DNA of 63,998 bases, the filler included, from Lama guanicoe (taxonomy: Eukaryota): assembly GCA_013239625.1 (NCBI GenBank). It is 77 parts of 72 records of this genome, joined end to end, with 100 filler letters (N's around TTAATTAATTAA, not from the genome) between each part and the next. Parts side by side here need not be neighbours in the genome. Positions count along the whole stretch, not along the records: positions 22,603 to 23,501 come from MU053140.1; positions 23,602 to 24,140 come from PNXV01000328.1; positions 24,241 to 25,187 come from MU053141.1; positions 25,288 to 25,818 come from PNXV01000334.1; positions 25,919 to 26,608 come from MU053143.1; positions 26,709 to 27,310 come from PNXV01000343.1; positions 27,411 to 27,952 come from PNXV01000352.1; positions 28,053 to 28,910 come from PNXV01000353.1; 69 more parts are not named here. One strand, written 5' to 3'. The position numbers and the translations under genes were made by a program. The first letter of the stretch is position 1; every line of letters starts with the position of its first letter. The notes beneath the pieces were generated by a model that was not told the DNA's origin, did no database searches, and saw only the letters and a list, made by a program, of their open reading frames with translations. Of the stretch, positions 23,186 to 35,233 are shown in pieces.

Positions 23186-23601
23186 ATCGATTTACCACAC
23201 CTGCTAATTGCAAAGTGACACCTTTGTCATTAACAGACACGTAAATGGATTAACAAAACTCGCGAGCATTTGAATGCAATCAGATTAAGCCCCGAAGTAG
23301 CATCAGGAAGCCACCCACCCTCTCCTCCAAGCCCTTCTCCTACTTTTTATCTCCTTACTCCCCACTTACAATTCAGCTACGCGCTCGCCTTCTTTCCCCT
23401 TTCAGCTTTGTGCTGTTAATATCTCACCAGTTGTGTAATTTCAGCTCCCAAGTTGAATAAGACGTTCCCTCCAGTGGAACCCTCACCTTGACAAATAGCC
23501 ANNNNNNNNNNNNNNNNNNNNNNNNNNNNNNNNNNNNNNNNNNNNTTAATTAATTAANNNNNNNNNNNNNNNNNNNNNNNNNNNNNNNNNNNNNNNNNNN
23601 N

Positions 23602-25187
23602 ATATTCTGTGTTCTACATTCTATATTCTAAATTCGAAATTCACTATTATGTATTGTATATACTAAATTCTGTGTTCTATATTCCATGTTCTTAATTCTG
23701 GGTTCTATATTCTCTATTCTATATTCTATAATTTGTGTTCATCATTCTATAATCTATAAACTATATTCTGCCTTCCGTAGTCTATATTCTATATTCTGTG
23801 TTCTACATTCTATATTCTAAATTCTATATTCAGTATTCTGTATTCTATATTCGAAATTCTGTCTTCTGCATTCCATGTGCTAAATTCTGGGTTCCATATT
23901 CTCTAATCTATATTCTAAATACATCTAAATACTGTGTTCTACATTCTACATTCTATATTCAATATTGAGTATTCTTTATTCTTTATTCTAAATTCTGTGT
24001 TCAACATTCTATATTTGAAATTCTATATTCAGTATTCTGTTTTCTCTATTCTAAATTCTATGTTCTTCATTCCATGTACTCAATTCTGGGATTTGTATTC
24101 TGTTTTCCATATTCTGTATTCTGTGTTCTATATTCTAACTNNNNNNNNNNNNNNNNNNNNNNNNNNNNNNNNNNNNNNNNNNNNTTAATTAATTAANNNN
24201 NNNNNNNNNNNNNNNNNNNNNNNNNNNNNNNNNNNNNNNNAATATAGAATACAGAATACAGAATATAAAAATTTGAATATAGAATGTAGCACACAGAATT
24301 TAGTATATAGAATAAAGTATACTGAATATTGAATTTAGAATATAGAATGTAGAACACAGAATATAGAATATAGAATAGAGAATATAGAACACAGAATTTA
24401 GAACATGGAATGCAGAACACAGAATTTAGAATNNNNNNNNNNNNNNNNNNNNNNNNNNNNNNNNNNNNNNNNNNNNNNNNNNNNNNNNNNNNNNNNNNNN
24501 NNNNNNNNNNNNNNNNNNNNNNNNNNNNNNNNNNNNNNNNNNNNNNNNNNNNNNNNNNNNNNNNNNNNNNNNNNNNNNNNNNNNNNNNNNNNNNNNNNNN
24601 NNNNNNNNNNNNNNNNNNNNNNNNNNNNNNNNNNNNNNNNNNNNNNNNNNNNNNNNNNNNNNNNNNNNNNNNNNNNNNNNNNNNNNNNNNNNNNNNNNNN
24701 NNNNNNNNNNNNNNNNNNNNNNNNNNNNNNNNNNNNNNNNNNNNNNNNNNNNNNNNNNNNNNNNNNNNNNNNNNNNNNNNNNNNNNNNNNNNNNNNNNNN
24801 NNNNNNNNNNNNNNNNNNNNNNNNNNNNNNNNNNNNNNNNNNNNNNNNNNNNNNNNNNNNNNNNNNNNNNNNNNNNNNNNNNNNNNGAATACATAATATT
24901 GAATATAGAACACAGAAATTAGAATATGGAATAGAGAATATAGAACCCATAATTTAGAACATGGAATGCAGTACACAGAATTTAGAATATAGAATACAGA
25001 TTACTGATTATAGAATTTAGAATATAGAATGTAGAACACAGAATTTAGAATTATAATGTATAACACACAATGCAGAATATAGACTACGGAATTGAGAATA
25101 TAGAAGTTAGAATATAGAATGAAGAACACAAACTGTACAATATAGAATAGAGAATACAGAACCCAGAATTTACAAATGGAATGCAGA
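23602..25187. repeat. SatB heptamer satellite (two contigs)
   Basis: 7-bp periodicity. Confidence 0.95.
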
Positions 25188-25918
25188 NNNNNNNNNNNNN
25201 NNNNNNNNNNNNNNNNNNNNNNNNNNNNNNNTTAATTAATTAANNNNNNNNNNNNNNNNNNNNNNNNNNNNNNNNNNNNNNNNNNNNCTATCAAGAATTC
25301 AGGGCCTTGACCAGGGTATTGCCGGTACCATGGGAATTAGTCAAATGTGTCATTCTCATAAGTACAGTTCAGAACTGAAATTGCTCCTTCGTAGACTACC
25401 AGGGGCTGAGGGCTCTGTTTCACCTGCTGTTGCTCACTTTTTACATTCTGTTGTCCACTCACCCCTGAACAAAAAGAAAAAAGTCGTTAGGTTCACAAAT
25501 TCATATTTCTGTCTTAAAGTTTCTACCTGCATGAATTTGTCCACACCCCCATTTCTCATTCCTGCAAATTTATGACATAGCCTAGAGTTTCTCTTCCATA
25601 ACTCACAGCTTACTTGAAGCCACAGAATTAAAAATAATGCTCCCAGAAACAACTTGTCCATTTTTCCAGGCACCAAAGCTCAGTGACAGCGCAGGTGGGC
25701 CTCTGGTCCTCTCAGCCAGCGAGGAAGCTGACTTTAAGTTCTCGTTTCAATTTTTTTCAACGGGCTCCACCCTCTCACAAGTGCTTTCACTTAGAACTAT
25801 TTTCCTCAAAGCAAGCATNNNNNNNNNNNNNNNNNNNNNNNNNNNNNNNNNNNNNNNNNNNNTTAATTAATTAANNNNNNNNNNNNNNNNNNNNNNNNNN
25901 NNNNNNNNNNNNNNNNNN

Positions 25919-26608
25919 TAAATTTTATCAAATGCTTTTTCTTCATCTACTGAGATGATCATATCGTGTTTGTCTTCTGTTTTGTTGATATGGTGTATCA
26001 CAATTGATTGATTCATTTGCGTATGTTCAACCATTCTTGTGTTCCTGGGATGAACCTAATTTGACCATGGTGCATGATCTTTTTTTTGCATGATGTTGTA
26101 TTCTGTTTGTTAATAATTACTTAAGGACTTTTACATCTATGTTTATCAATGATATTGGCCTATATATTTCTATTTGGGGATCTGTCTAAATATTTTTGGA
26201 AGAGTTTAAGGAGGATTGGTATGGATTTTTCTTTGTAGGTTTGGTCAAATTCCCCAGTGAAGCTATTTGGGTTTGAATTTTCTTTAGAGAGATTTTTTAT
26301 TTTATTTTTAATTCTATTCCATTTCCGGTGATCTGTATGTTAAAATTGTTAATTTCTTCTTGATGCAATATTGGTGGGCTGAATGTTTCCAAAAACTTAC
26401 TGGTTTTCCAATTTGTTTCTGTAGTGTTGCTCATGGTGTTATGATATTTTGTAAATTTGTTGAAATCTTTGTAGTTTCTCCACTTCAATTTCTTATATTA
26501 TTTGTGTTCTCTCATTTTTCTTTTTGGTGATCCTGTCCAGAGATTTGTCAATTTTGTTTAAAATTTCCAAAAAGGGTCTGATTGATTTTTTCTATTTTTT
26601 TATTTTAA
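25919..26608 (-). mobile_element. LINE-1 ORF2 fragment (same region as 9302-9874)
   Basis: TTTTATCAAATGCTTTTTCTTCATCTACTGAGATGATCAT... Confidence 0.9.
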
Positions 26609-26708
26609 NNNNNNNNNNNNNNNNNNNNNNNNNNNNNNNNNNNNNNNNNNNNTTAATTAATTAANNNNNNNNNNNNNNNNNNNNNNNNNNNNNNNNNNNN
26701 NNNNNNNN

Positions 26709-27310
26709 AAATAATCTGGCAGATAGAATAATGGAAATCAAGTAACTAGAATAGCAGACAATCAATCAATAAAAGAAAACAGCATATGAGATCTATGGAA
26801 CAATATAAAACTTGCAAACCTATGCATAATAGAGGTTCCAGAAGGAGAAGAAACAGAAAAACAAATCAAAAATGTATTTGAACAAATTATGACTGAAATT
26901 TCCTAAACCTAAAGAAGGAAACAGATATCCAAGTACAAGAAGCAATGATGATCTCAAACAACATAAACTCAAACAGACCTACACAAAAACATATAATTAA
27001 AATGAAAAAAGCTAAGTATAAAGAGAAGATTCTAAAGGCAGCAAGAGATAAATAAAGAATAATTACAAAGAAACCCCTGTAAGTTATCAGCTGATTTCTC
27101 TACAGAAACTTTGCAGTCTAGAAAGAGGTGGCAAGATACATTCAAAATCCTGTAAGGGAAAAATCTTCAACCTAAGATACTCTATCCAGAAAGATTATCA
27201 TTTAGAATAGGAGGAGAAACTAAGATTTTCTTAAACAAGCAAAAACTAAAAGATTTCAGCCATACTAAACCTAACCAAAAAGAAATATTGAAAACTCTTC
27301 TTTAAATAGA
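26709..27310 (+). mobile_element. LINE-1 ORF1 fragment, degenerate
   Basis: ATAGAGGTTCCAGAAGGAGAAG (IGVPEGE-like), ATTCTAAAGGCAGCAAGAG, TTATCAGCTGATTTCTCTACAGAAAC. Confidence 0.92.
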
Positions 27311-28419
27311 NNNNNNNNNNNNNNNNNNNNNNNNNNNNNNNNNNNNNNNNNNNNTTAATTAATTAANNNNNNNNNNNNNNNNNNNNNNNNNNNNNNNNNN
27401 NNNNNNNNNNCCCACTGGGCCTGAGCACAGCCGAATGACCCGGCATCCGCGTTCCCTTCATGGCTGCCCCGCCTCACACTCCACGCTTTTCTTCACATGA
27501 CATGTCCAGGACAGGGATGCTGAATCCGTACAACCCAGGGCTTGTCTCACTCGAAAAATCATCACCTTCTTCAGTGTTCATCTTCTTCATTGCTGACTCT
27601 CATAAAAATGTTTTCTCAGGATGAATCAATATCTTTTTCCTTACAACTTCCATCCTTACAACTTCCCATCATTGATAATGAGCTCCCCACAAAAGAGAGA
27701 AGACATAATTCTGTCTCCTTAAATGTAAAGTGAGAATAACAAGGAAATATGTGAGGTTTTAAGAGAAATAATATTCATATGAGGATGAGGGACAATTCCA
27801 TCATAAAGTGAGCACTCAATATGTGCTTACTTAATATTAATAAGAATAGATTCCATTCCAGCAACCTTCAATAAATGTTTTATGATGTTGCCCAACAGAC
27901 TAGTGACAAACTGTTGGACGAACCCCTTTGAGCTGATCAGCACAAGCGTACTNNNNNNNNNNNNNNNNNNNNNNNNNNNNNNNNNNNNNNNNNNNNTTAA
28001 TTAATTAANNNNNNNNNNNNNNNNNNNNNNNNNNNNNNNNNNNNNNNNNNNNAAGTACATAAAGAATAGAAATATTAAAGTTTACATCTATTATACTTTA
28101 CCCCTTTAAACTCATTTTTCTTTTAGTTTTAAATTTCTGTAGTACTTTAAGACAAAACTCATGAAGAAAAACCTATCTACTGCCAAAAAGAACACCACAA
28201 AAATGTCCACCCTTTAGAGAGCGTCAGATTAATTAGGACCAAATCCCCATAAGCCTTTCTTCTTTTCTCCTCTCCAGCTCTTTCTGATCAGGGCATTTCT
28301 ACAAAAGAAACTGATTTTTAATGAGAACTGAAATACCTAAAAGCATTCACCCAACTCAGAATGCTGAAGATTGTGACAACACTTAAGAAGAACCCTTTGT
28401 ACAGAGAGGGAAGCATGTG

Positions 28420-28910
28420 GTGGCGCCCCCTTCCCCCGGCAGCCACGTGGCGTGAGGAAGGCGGCCCCACCCCCACCACCCAGGCGGCCACCCCGGCCAC
28501 TGCTCCGAACAACGGGGAGCTGCCCTGGGACCCGAGCTGCCCCTTCGGACCAACAGGAAGGACCACGCTTGGCGGGCGAGGCAGTGTGCTGCCCGCGGGC
28601 CGGGGGCGGCAACCCCGAGGGGAGGCAGCGCCAGCAGAAGCAGGAGGAAGGACGCACTTCCAGGAGTCAGAGCAGATCAGACCACAGCCCGAAGGACTGG
28701 TGAGAAAGCAGGCTCAGGGACGCTCTGCTGCGACCCTTCCGTTCCTTTGTTCACCAATTAGTCAGTGATCGCGCTGGGTCGCTGCGTTGGGGGTGAGTTC
28801 CAACCCCCACTCTGTCTCCACCATTCCGCGCTGTGGGTGGAGCAGTGGCCCCAACCAGTCAGTGTCCGCTGGCCCTGGGACTCCAGTCCCGCTTGCGAGC
28901 GATTAGGAGA
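28420..28910. promoter_or_regulatory. CpG-island-like GC-rich segment
   Basis: High GC and CpG content, a GGGGCGG GC box (~28602) and CCAAT at ~28754. Confidence 0.5.
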
Positions 28911-29143
28911 NNNNNNNNNNNNNNNNNNNNNNNNNNNNNNNNNNNNNNNNNNNNTTAATTAATTAANNNNNNNNNNNNNNNNNNNNNNNNNNNNNNNNNN
29001 NNNNNNNNNNGAAATTCTCATCAAATTTGTCGTTTTCAACTAAAATTCAGAAGCCCTTAGCTTAAAATTGTTAATCATATTCTTGTATGTATTTAATGTT
29101 TGCAGGATCTATAATGATGTCCTCTGATTTCTAACAATGTTTC

Positions 29144-29200
29144 TGTGTGTGTGTGTGTGTGTGTATGTGTGTCCGTGCACGCGTGTTCGTGTGTGCACAT
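29144..29200. repeat. (GT)n microsatellite
   Basis: Direct observation. Confidence 0.9.
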
Positions 29201-29851
29201 GCAGATTTTCTATTATTTGATTAATCAGTTTTACTAGAGTTCCTTTATTTCATTAATATTTTTATGGAAATCAGATTTTGTAACTCATTAATCATTTATC
29301 ACAAGAGATGCTCTCTTTCTGGGCCTAATTCCAACTGGTATACAGCTTACCCAAATTCTAAGAGGCTCATCAAAAATTGTGCTATTTTGATTTACAGGAA
29401 GAGGAGATGCAAGTTGAATCCGATNNNNNNNNNNNNNNNNNNNNNNNNNNNNNNNNNNNNNNNNNNNNTTAATTAATTAANNNNNNNNNNNNNNNNNNNN
29501 NNNNNNNNNNNNNNNNNNNNNNNNTCAAAATTGAAACAGTGCATAGCAGAATGTCATGAAATAAGCATTTCTCTTTCCGTCGGCTTCCCTTCCTCTTGCA
29601 AAATTTATCACAGGACCCCGCCAAAACAAAAAGCCACCAAGCCTTTTAATGATTAGAATTTTCAAATATTTGAGTGTCTATGGTAACTGCTCAAAATGAA
29701 TTTTTAAATGCTCATTGAACTGAGAGTAACCTTGCTTCTCCAAAAGACGGCCTGTTGCTGGAAAAGAGTACCACCAACAGGAAACACACACACACAAATC
29801 AAAAGGTGGCAATGTCTTTCTAATTTTGAATAGATGTTAGTATGTCACAAC

Positions 29852-29870
29852 TTGCCCTCCAGGGGGCGCT
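29852..29870 (+). promoter_or_regulatory. CTCF motif
   Basis: TTGCCCTCCAGGGGGCGCT closely matches the CTCF core CC(A/T)CCAGGGGGCGC. Confidence 0.6.
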
Positions 29871-29984
29871 CTGAGAGTTAGTAATTGTCATTTCTGTCAA
29901 TAAAGTATTGAAATGCTCAAAGGTAACCTTGAGCCTTTTGGATCTGATCCTACCCCTTATGTCTCTTAAGAAGTGCTATCTGAA

Positions 29985-30300
29985 TACGCTCTCCAGGCGG
30001 CTGGTGGTCGAGGGACATCATGCGGTTTCCGCACCCACCATCTATGCGTAACCAGAGCCCAAAGGCAACATCACAGCTCTGGACACATCAATGGGAGACT
30101 TGAGCCCCGCGGCCCCGACTTTGTGGCTCCTCTCAGGCGGCCGCCCGGTCCAGAGCCCGCGAGCCTCGGGGCAAGTGGCCGAGTCCGGGGCCCGCAGTCC
30201 GAGGCCAGGGCCCGTCCCGTCCCCACCGCCACCGCAGGCGCCCAAGGGGACGGCCCCGCTGCCCTGTGGGCCCGGGGCGCGCGCAGGAGGGACGCCCTCC
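29985..30300. promoter_or_regulatory. CpG island edge
   Basis: Very GC/CpG-rich (GCGGCCGC, GGCGCGC) up to the contig end. Confidence 0.65.
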
Positions 30301-30405
30301 NNNNNNNNNNNNNNNNNNNNNNNNNNNNNNNNNNNNNNNNNNNNTTAATTAATTAANNNNNNNNNNNNNNNNNNNNNNNNNNNNNNNNNNNNNNNNNNNN
30401 CTGAC

Positions 30406-30910
30406 TAGACAGTGTAATTTTGGGAAATGGTGTTAGTAAATGAACTCTCATTTAAAATGTCAGTCCAGGGCAGTTTGCATCTCCCTGCCTTTTGCTACTT
30501 TTACATGACTATATTTTTTATATTTGCATATATTTAACCTGGTCTAGTCTTTAAGCTAGGGGTTTTGCAAACTTTGTAATTTTGGGAAATGGTGTTAGTA
30601 AATGAACTCTCATTTAAAATGTCAGTCCAGGGCAGTTTGCATCTCCCTGCCTTTTGCTACTTTTACATGACTATATTTTTTATATTTGCATATATTTAAC
30701 CTGGTCTAGTCTTTAAGCTAGGGGTTTTGCAAACTTCGTAATTTAGACAGTGTAATTTTGGGAAATGGTGTTAGTAAATGAACTCTCATTTAAAATGTCA
30801 GTCCAGGGCAGTTTGCATCTCCCTGCCTTTTGCTACTTTTACATGACTTTATTTTTTATATTTGCATATATTTAACCTGGTCTAGTCTTTAAGCTAGGGG
30901 TTTTGCAAAA
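30406..30910 (+). repeat. Three near-perfect tandem copies of a 162-176-bp unit
   Basis: TGTAATTTTGGGAAATGG at 30413, 30575 and 30751. Confidence 0.95.
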
Positions 30911-31136
30911 GGCTAAAAAGGGTGGCCTGCCCGAGGGGGTGTGTGGAAGACCGAAAGGGCAGGTCCCACCTCCGGTGCCTGAGTAGCAGTGTTATGAGCT
31001 ACAGGTCTCCCCGCTATCCAAAACTAGAGTAGAGTGNNNNNNNNNNNNNNNNNNNNNNNNNNNNNNNNNNNNNNNNNNNNTTAATTAATTAANNNNNNNN
31101 NNNNNNNNNNNNNNNNNNNNNNNNNNNNNNNNNNNN

Positions 31137-31560
31137 TAAGTTCTCCTATGAATAATTCAAAACTTACTAAAAAATCCCATGAAAATTCCAATCTGAGTTT
31201 TTTTAACTTGAACAAAATATTTTTGAATTCTTCCGGAATAATAAAGTCATAATTCTAGACAAGAAAATTTGGGATGGAGGAAAAGAATAAAAAAATCAGA
31301 CTGCCAGTTATTAAATAAATTTTTACAATATGTAAGATATGGTGCTGGAGTAAGAAAGTAAGATTGACAGAAATAAACCATGAGCTCAAAAAGAGACTCT
31401 AGTGTACATAAGTAATTTGTACAGGTGGGATTTCAAATCAAAGAGAAAAGTATGACTTCAATAATTGTCCTGGGACAATCAGAGAATCGCCTGGAAAGAA
31501 TACATTCTATTCCTGTCATAATGACCACAAGATAAATTGCAGATAGTGATGTAAATATTA
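31137..31560 (+). mobile_element. Ancient LINE-1 ORF2 relic
   Basis: AATCCCATGAAAATTCCA...TGGTGCTGG...TTCAATAATTGTCCTGGGACAA, a degenerate L1 ORF2 pattern. Confidence 0.6.
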
Positions 31561-31768
31561 ACAATTACTAATAACAGCAAATACAACATTTTGCTCTTAT
31601 TAAATCAACTTCCCCTCACTATAACAAGCACTATTATCATCTCCATCTTAGAGACTAAAAAACCCTACNNNNNNNNNNNNNNNNNNNNNNNNNNNNNNNN
31701 NNNNNNNNNNNNTTAATTAATTAANNNNNNNNNNNNNNNNNNNNNNNNNNNNNNNNNNNNNNNNNNNN

Positions 31769-32714
31769 ATAAACTTTATTCTATATTCTATATTCTGTGT
31801 TCTGCTTTCTATATTCTCAATACTATAGTCAGCTTTCTGTGTTCTATATTATAAATTCTGTGTTCTGCATTGCATGTTATTAATTCTGGGTTCTGTATTC
31901 TGTTTTCCATAATCTATTTTCTGCTTTCTATATTCTATATATTTTTTCTATATTCTGAATTCCATATTTTTTATTCTATATACTGTGTTCTACATTCTTA
32001 TTCTAAATTTTATATTAAGAATTCTGTATTCTATATTCTATATTCTGTGTTCAGCATTCCATGTTCCAAAATCTGTGTTCTATATACTCTATTCTATATT
32101 CTATATTTTGTGTTATTCATTTTTACTCTAAATTCTATATTCTGCATTCCCTATTCTATGTTCTATTTTCTGTGTTCTACATTCTATATTATAATTTCTT
32201 TATTCAGTATTCTGTTTCCTATATTCTAAATTCTGTGTTCTTCATTCCATGTTCTAAATTCTTGATTCTATATTCTGTTTTCTATATTCTATATTCTGTG
32301 TCCTACATTCTATTTTCTAAATTCTACATTCAGTATTCTGTATTCTATATTCTCAATTCTGGCTTCTGCATTTCATATTCTAAATTCTGTTTTCTATTTT
32401 CTCTATTCTATATTTTATATTCTGTGTCCTACATATTATATTCAAATTTCTCTATTCAGTATTTTGTATTCTATATTCCAAATTCTGTGTGCTGCATTCC
32501 ATGTTCTAATTTCTGGGTTCTATATTCTCTCTTCTATATTCTATATTCCCTATTTTACATTCTATATTCTAAATTCTATATTCAGTGTTCTGTGTTCTTT
32601 ATACTTAATTCTGTGTTCTACATTCTATATTCAAAATTCTAGATTAAGTATTCTGTTTGCTATACTCTAAATTCTGTGTTCTGTATCCCATGTTCTAATT
32701 ACTTGGTTCTATAT
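31769..32714. repeat. SatB heptamer satellite
   Basis: 7-bp periodicity. Paralogous higher-order segment of 7832-8510. Confidence 0.95.
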
Positions 32715-34391
32715 NNNNNNNNNNNNNNNNNNNNNNNNNNNNNNNNNNNNNNNNNNNNTTAATTAATTAANNNNNNNNNNNNNNNNNNNNNNNNNNNNNN
32801 NNNNNNNNNNNNNNTAGACTTGGCAAAACCCTTGTCTCCCACTGGCTCTGATAATGTTTCATGACCAACTCTGAACCAAGCATGTGGTCAGGGGAGTGTG
32901 CTGCTCTCACTGGCCAGAACTGAACCACATGCCCTCCCCTGGAGCTGGAGCTGAAGTCAACTCTCCTTGAAACATCAGAAGTACTTGTCCTGTGAGCAGA
33001 GAAGCTGTGGTTCCCCAGGGAGAAGATGCTAGATAGTTTGCAGAAGAGTGAATGGATGAAGGGATAAGGGGGGGAGGGGGCAAAAGCAACAGATGTTTAT
33101 TTTTTTCTTTTTATTTTGTATCTATATGAGATAATAGATGTTCACTAAACTTATCATAGCAATCATTTCGTGAAGTATATAAATCAAATCATTATGCTGT
33201 ACACCTTAAATTTATACAGTACAGTGCTGTNNNNNNNNNNNNNNNNNNNNNNNNNNNNNNNNNNNNNNNNNNNNTTAATTAATTAANNNNNNNNNNNNNN
33301 NNNNNNNNNNNNNNNNNNNNNNNNNNNNNNCAAGAAAGACTAGGGAGGTAAAAATCCAGCTTTTACAGAGGTAGGTAGTCTCAAAAACTTGGGTATTCTT
33401 CAACATAGGAAAGTTGTTCAAAGATGCTGAATGGCCCAAAGAAATAACAAGCATATACGACACATTTTTTCCCTTTGGTGTTACATGCTGCCAAATGGCT
33501 TCCAGCAGATCCAGAATTGAATCTCCTCAGGTTCCTGTCCTACAGAGAAACTGTCTGTACTGTATGCGATAGACTTGGCAAAACCCTTGTCTCCCACTGG
33601 CTCTGATAATGTTTNNNNNNNNNNNNNNNNNNNNNNNNNNNNNNNNNNNNNNNNNNNNTTAATTAATTAANNNNNNNNNNNNNNNNNNNNNNNNNNNNNN
33701 NNNNNNNNNNNNNNATGTGATTCTACCCACTAGCGTCCCATGTGCCTTTCTTCTTCCCTCTTTACTTATGTTCAGAACTGTATGCACTGTAGAAACGGAG
33801 GGAAGTGTGTCCATTTTCAGTTGAATGTTTCACACGTCTTTAAACTTTCTAACAGTTCACAGTACACAGAGACCCACTAAGGGAAACTATTGTTCCTGTA
33901 ATATGGGCACACCCNNNNNNNNNNNNNNNNNNNNNNNNNNNNNNNNNNNNNNNNNNNNNNNNNNNNNNNNNNNNNNNNNNNNNNNNNNNNNNNNNNNNNN
34001 NNNNNNNNNNNNNNNNNNNNNNNNNNNNNNNNNNNNNNNNNNNNNNNNNNNNNNNNNNNNNNNNNNGAGCTTCCTTGTTATAGGCTTGTGCCTTTACATC
34101 TCGACGTAGTGTAGAATATGGCATTCATTCATCCTGTTTTAATACTTGCAAATCTATATCACGGACNNNNNNNNNNNNNNNNNNNNNNNNNNNNNNNNNN
34201 NNNNNNNNNNTTAATTAATTAANNNNNNNNNNNNNNNNNNNNNNNNNNNNNNNNNNNNNNNNNNNNTACTGAAAATGGAGAAGTTCTAGATTCTCAGAGG
34301 AAAATCAGCGTTCAGTAACACAAAGAAGAAAAACTGGACTCCTGTCAGGCCAAAAAAAAAAAAAAAATCAGAGCCCACTAAGAGTTTTTAC

Positions 34392-34726
34392 TGAACATAA
34401 AATACAAAACAGAAACACACTCATAGACATAGAATACAAATTTGTGGTTGCCAGGGGTGAGGGGGGTGGGAAGGGACAGACTGGGAGTTTGAAATTTGTA
34501 GATACAGACAGGTATATATGGAATAGATAAGCAAGATTATACCGTATATATAGCACAGAAATATATACAAGATCTTGTGGTAGCTCACAGTGAAAAAGAA
34601 TGCGACAATGAATTTATATATGTTCATGTAAAACTGAAAAATTGTGCTCTACACTGAAAATTGACACAACACTGTAAACTGACTATAACTCAATTTAAAA
34701 AAAAAAAACAAACTAAAAAAAAAGAC
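34392..34726 (+). mobile_element. 5'-truncated LINE-1 3' UTR insertion with poly(A) and probable TSD
   Basis: AAAACAGAAACACACTCATAGACATAGAA...GTAAACTGACTATAACTCAAT plus an A-tail. AGTTTTTAC lies at 34383-34391 and 34727-34735. Confidence 0.88.
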
Positions 34727-35233
34727 AGTTTTTACAACTCATCTTTAATATTCTTATGAGGCAGGCTGGAAATAGCTGCAAAAGCATTTAGATATTTTTC
34801 AGCAAAATAGCAAATGTCCTCCAAGGGTTGAATGCATCTTCCTTATTGATGCATTGATTCCACACCACATCATGAAAAAATCATACTCTATTTTGGGAAC
34901 AACGTGACATTTTCAAAGTCCCATCTGACATTCAGTGGGAATCAATGTCCTAGTTCTGTTGATTCTAAGTACTATTGAGGCACCTCAATGAAAGAGGCTC
35001 CTGGAGGACTATGTGTTGTGTCCCAAGACCTGAGCTCACCTCGATCTGCTGTCCCAAGTTAGTAGACATAATATAGTGAGGAAAGACACTGTCCACCTGG
35101 TAACCCCTACCCCTGGAACTTCCTGGCTCCACCNNNNNNNNNNNNNNNNNNNNNNNNNNNNNNNNNNNNNNNNNNNNTTAATTAATTAANNNNNNNNNNN
35201 NNNNNNNNNNNNNNNNNNNNNNNNNNNNNNNNN

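Noticed and set aside
31870..32670. Hydrophobic Y/I/L/F/S-rich ORFs resembling membrane proteins (also 7881-8425, 10814-11278 and others)
   Set aside because: They are translations of the stop-poor strand of the heptamer satellite.
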